Assembly: GCA_977017645.1 (NCBI GenBank)
Contig: OZ360235.1
Location: forward strand, 62,372,001 to 62,436,000
Length of the DNA stretch: 64,000 nucleotides
Direction of reading: 5' to 3'
DNA from: Torpedo marmorata
Lineage: Eukaryota
Both the position numbers and the translations under genes were made by a program. Positions 59,388 to 64,000 of this stretch are shown piece by piece. The notes beneath the pieces are model-generated. The model saw only the letters and a list, made by a program, of their open reading frames with translations. It had not been told where the DNA came from and searched no databases. Position 1 is the first letter of the stretch, and every line of letters begins with the position of its first letter.

Positions 59388-59940
59388 CACCCCCAATACT
59401 CCGAACTACTCGAGTTCCCAGGAATGCAGAGAGCTGCAGCAAGTGGCAGAGCTAGCCAAGTCCATCACTGCCACTGACATCCTATCCATTGATGACATCT
59501 ATGTGAGATGCGGCCTCGTGAAGGCAGCCAACATCATAAAGGAACCCCATCACCCTGGTCACAATATATTCTCACAGCTACCTTTAGGCAGAAGGCATAG
59601 AAACCTGAAGTTCAGCACTTCTAGGTTCAAGAACAGTTTTAATCCATCAGCAATCTAGCTCTTAAACCTTCCCGTACTGCCCTAACCTAAACCATATACA
59701 AGTCTGGAACCACCAAAAAAATGTTTGCACTATTGAAACACAACTTTTTTTGCATAACTGCAACTGTGAATATTTATTATATTTAATCTCTCTTTTTTTG
59801 TCTTTGCAAATTGTGTAAATTTAATGGATACAATTGTAGTTGGTTTTTCTTACATGCCTGCTTGGCTGCAGCAAGAAAGCATTTTGGTGCCTCTGTACAT
59901 TGTACTTGTGTATATGACAATAAACTCTCATTAATCATTA
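59388..59940 (+). mobile_element. Rex1/Babar LINE 3' fragment (older)
   Basis: KAANIIKEPHHPGH..FSQLPLGRR...RFKNSF.PSAI. Tail tgacaataaa. Confidence 0.8.
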
Positions 59941-60239
59941 ACAAAATTATCACCCATATTGTTGGGCAATGAATTTAGGAGAAATTCAATCTGTTGATCT
60001 TTAGAAACAATGTGAGATTTGCTCTCATGTTATAATGTCCAGCTCAATGTTATCATTGCCTTGTAACCCACAAATGGTTACTCATTCATCTGTTTCATGC
60101 ATTTTGATTTTATTTCAAGTTTAATTCCCAATTGTTGTATGTCATTTATAATATTCCACCTTATGACATTTGATAGGAAGTGGCACCCAGTGTAAAACCT
60201 GTCATGACCCATTGTACCTGTACATCCGACCATGCTATG

Positions 60240-61880
60240 TATCTGCACCCCCAGCATAGCCCAGTGCATCTGTATACTCCACCATGGCCCAGTGTGTCTG
60301 TACACTGAGCACGGTCCAGTGTGTCCGTGCACCCAGCACGGCCCAGTGAGTCCGATCACCCAGCACGGCCCAGTGTGTCCGTGCACCCAGCACGGCCCAG
60401 TGTGTCCGTGCACCCAGCACGGCCCAGTGTGTCTGTACACCCAGCACGGCCCATCGTGCCCGTACACCCAGCACGGCCCAGTGTGTCCGTACACCCAGCG
60501 TGGCCCAGTGTGCCTGTACACCCAGCGTGGCCCAGTGTGCCTGTACACCCAGCACGGCCCAGTGTGTCTGTACACCCAGCACGGCCCAGTGTGCCCGTAC
60601 ACCCAGCTCGGCCCAGTGTGCCTGTACACCCAGCACAGCCCAGTGTGCCTGTACACCCAGCATGGTCCAGTGAGTCCGTACACCCAGCACGGCCCAGTGT
60701 GCCCGTACACCCAGCGTGGCCCAGTGTGCCTGTACACCCAGCATGGTCCAGTGAGTCCGTACACTCAGCATGGCCCAGTGAGTCCGTACACTCAGCACGG
60801 CCCAGTGAGTCCGTACACCCAGCACGGTCCAGTGTGTCCATACACCCAGCACGGCCCCGTGTGTCCGTACACCCAGCACAGCCCCGTGTGTCCGTACACC
60901 CAGCACGGCCCAGTGTGTCAGTGCGCCCAGCATGTCCCAGTGTGTCCGTACACCCAGCACGTCCCACTGTGTCTGTACACCCAGCACGGCCCACTGAGTC
61001 CGTACACCCAGCACGGCCCAGTGTGTCAGTGCACCCAGCACGGCCCAGTGTGTCAGTGCGCCCAGCATGCCCCAGTGTGTCTGTACACCCAGCACGGCCC
61101 AGTGTGTCTGTACACCCAGCACGGCCCAGTGTGCCGGTACACTCAGTACGGCCCAGTGTGTCCGTACACCCAGCACGGCCCAGTGTGTCCGTACACCCAG
61201 CACGGCCCAGTGTGTCCGTACACCCAGAACGGCCCAGTGTGTCCGTACACCCAGCACGGCCCAGTGTGTCCGTACACCCAGCACGGACCAGTGTGTCCGT
61301 ACACCCAGCATGGCCCAGTGAGTCCGTACACCCAGCACGGTCCAGTGTGTCTGTACACCCAGCACAGCCCCGTGTGTCCGTACACCCAGCACGGCCCAAT
61401 GTGTCCGTACACCCAGCACGGCCCAGTGTGTCCGTACACCCAGCACGGCCCACTGTGTCCGTACACCCAGCACGGCCCACTGTGTCCGTACACCCAGCAC
61501 GACCCAGTGTGTCCGTACACCCAGCATGGACCAGTGTGTCTGTACACCCAGCATGCCCCAGTGTGTCAGTGCGCCCAGCACGGCCCAGTGTGTCAGTGCG
61601 CCCAGCACGGCCCAGTGTGCCGGTACACGCAGCACGGCCCACTGTGTCCGTACACCCAGCACGACCCAGTGCATCCGTACACCAAGCATGGACCAGTGTG
61701 TCTGTACACCCAGCACGGCCCACTGTGTCCGTACACCCAGCACGGCCCAGTATGTCAGTGAGCCCAGCACGTCCCAGTGTGTCTGTACGCCCAGCACACC
61801 CCAGTGTGTCTGTACACCCAGCACGGCCCCGTGTGTCTGTACACCCCACCGTGTCCAGTGTCTCTGTACACCCTACCGTA
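60240..61880. repeat. 27-bp minisatellite, about 60 units
   Basis: Consensus gtacacccagcacggcccagtgtgtcc with point variants and degenerate edges. Confidence 0.97.
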
Positions 61881-64000
61881 GCTCGGCAATGATGAGTTGG
61901 ATCTAATAAAAACCTTTCTCTCAATTTACAGAATTTTATATTATGAAAAATATGAGCCAGATATGAAAAAAGAAGTTTTAGCAGTCAACTATTAATGCAA
62001 GTCTAGCATTGGCAGGTTTGTGACTTATTTTAAGGCATATTTTACCTTATAGCATGGTTATCATTTATTTCTATCAATTAACACAAAGTATCAGAGTGTA
62101 AGCCTAGGATTTATTTGCATAGAATTATTTTCCAGTGGTTTCAAATGAAATATTAAAAGTGATTATGCATTATTTTCAATAACAGCTTTGATACAGATGA
62201 ATCTAAATGTTTCTACCTCTTGGGTGCTTGATGGGCAGCAATGATTCAATGGCCAAGTGCTGTATAACTCTGACTTTGATTCATTGTTTAAAGGTTTGAA
62301 TTTTGTAGCTCTCTAATGAATAGTTTCAAAGTTATTTGACTTTATGTAATATAATTCAATACCTATTTTAACAACTTTTCTCTGCCCTTAACAATTCCAA
62401 TTAATTTATGAAATGCAATTTGGAAATCATTGTTTGCAGTGCTCATCATCAATTCTTCACCCATTCAGCTTCTTTGAAGAGTTTAATATTAGGAGTATCT
62501 GATTCTGAATTGCTACATTGTTATAAGAGCAGGTGACAGCACATCCATCAAACCTCAGGTTCATTCATTAATATTAAATAGTACCTGAAGAGGAATGCCG
62601 ATGTCCAGCCCCATGACTTGAATATTTTATATTTAAGGCATTGGATTAAAATGACCTAAAATAACTCCATAGCCATTGTAAAAATGTAAATGTCAAAACA
62701 TGTGGTTTCACAGGATTTAGACCACTAATCTAACAAGAATAGTTGACTTCAGCTATTTGGATGAGAGTTTTCCTCTGCTACTCATCCCTCTCCAAGAAAT
62801 GTTATCAAGAATTGGTGATGGCCTGCATTTTTTCTTGGTCATCATTGTTCCATTTCTCTAGTTTAAAAGACCATGATGATTCAAATTTCTCACTGTTTTA
62901 ATGCACTGCAAGTGTATTCAAGCACTCTGTGGTACAACTAAAACCATGCAATAAAGTGACATCAAGTAAATCATAATGTGTTGACTGGAGACAAATATGT
63001 AATGCTGGTGAGGGGGATGTTGTCTACAAATGCAATACTCCATAGATGGACTGACAAGTACAAATTTGGCAGTGTTGTGCTTTAAGTTATTTGTTTTCTG
63101 AGGATTGAAGTTACAATTATCTTTATGCCACACAGTACAACCCCTGTTATCTACATTCCAATTAAATAATTGTCTTCCCAATTATGTATTAGAATTTTCA
63201 AAGGTCAATTGATTGCATGACAAATGCACTTATTTTGCAGCCCATTAAAGTTACTCTCATAATGAACAGCAGATATCACCTACAACTGCCCTTCCCATTC
63301 ATATTATTTTCATATGTGCTGTCTTTATTCCTCATCATGGATGTATTATTGCATTATATATCTAAAGCCAAAATTTGGAGGTTCTTGATAACCTGCCAAT
63401 TTCCATTGCTCACTCTGTGGCAGAGAATGGAAGTTCCATTTCATTAATAAAGAAAACTTGTAGTGTTTATTTGAAAATTTATAACCATGGATTTCTGTAC
63501 TTACGCAACATGTCTATTAACAGTATTGATGCCATCTAGGGCTGTAACAGGACTTTAAGATTTTGGTTGTGCATTGCTTCAAACCTTTAGAACCTAGAAA
63601 ATGTTTAATGAAACTTATTTAAGTGTCTAGGTCCTTTGAGTAAGAAAGAACAATAGCTTCTATTGGGAAATTATCTCAGGCACATTGAAAGGATGAATGG
63701 TCAGTTCCAACCATTGTTCTACAGAATTGAGGACCTGCATTTTGCTTTGAAATATGAAACTACAGATCATTATTAAACTGTGTTGCAGTCCTCAATTCCT
63801 GCTATGTGACTAAATCTGTTAGGTATTTTTGTTTAACCATATATTTCTTCTCTTTTTGAACATTTACAGCTTTTAAAGCAATTTATACTAAAACCGGAAA
63901 CCATGGTCAATATTCCACCTGGTGTCATGCAATGAGGTGTGGAAAGGAACCCACCCAATTTCAAGAGGGCTACTGTGTACCATTTAGCCAATATAAATGC

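Noticed and set aside
60240-61880. CRISPR array
   Set aside because: Head-to-tail repeats without unique spacers, no cas genes, and a eukaryotic context.
60078-61924. ORFs of 509-529 aa as real genes
   Set aside because: They arise on both strands from a stop-free 27-bp unit; there is no unique domain or gene structure.

Overview
This is eukaryotic, AT-rich vertebrate DNA. The repeat complement (CR1/HE1-type LINE tails, V-SINEs, Penelope elements, Rex1/Babar, L1, a Gmr1-type Gypsy, Chapaev3) suggests a cartilaginous fish, probably a batoid (inference). About half of the first 35 kb is nested transposable elements: (1) an L1 inside an L1 inside a TA-flanked DNA transposon, with both L1 TSDs visible; (2) a GC-rich non-coding retro-element with a Rex1-like tail, present twice, once inside a Chapaev3 element and once splitting an ERV env gene; (3) a gamma-type env plus 3' LTR with no gag/pol; (4) a full-length, young Gmr1-clade Gypsy (integrase before RT, tRNA-Pro PBS, 4-bp TSD); (5) several Penelope ends carrying minimal hammerhead-ribozyme-like cores. 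No host gene could be named. The best host candidates are a phase-matched two-exon minus-strand ORF of 161 aa lying about 30 bp downstream of the ERV LTR, and a chain of minus-strand exon-like segments running from a CpG-rich domain (about 34-44 kb) toward it, two of which are split by retroelements. The 45-64 kb part is AT-rich and TE-poorer. It holds enhancer-like stretches, a perfect 51-bp palindrome and a 1.6-kb 27-bp minisatellite that produces spurious long ORFs. No rRNA, tRNA gene or CRISPR array was seen. All family assignments are from motif recognition by eye; no database search was run.
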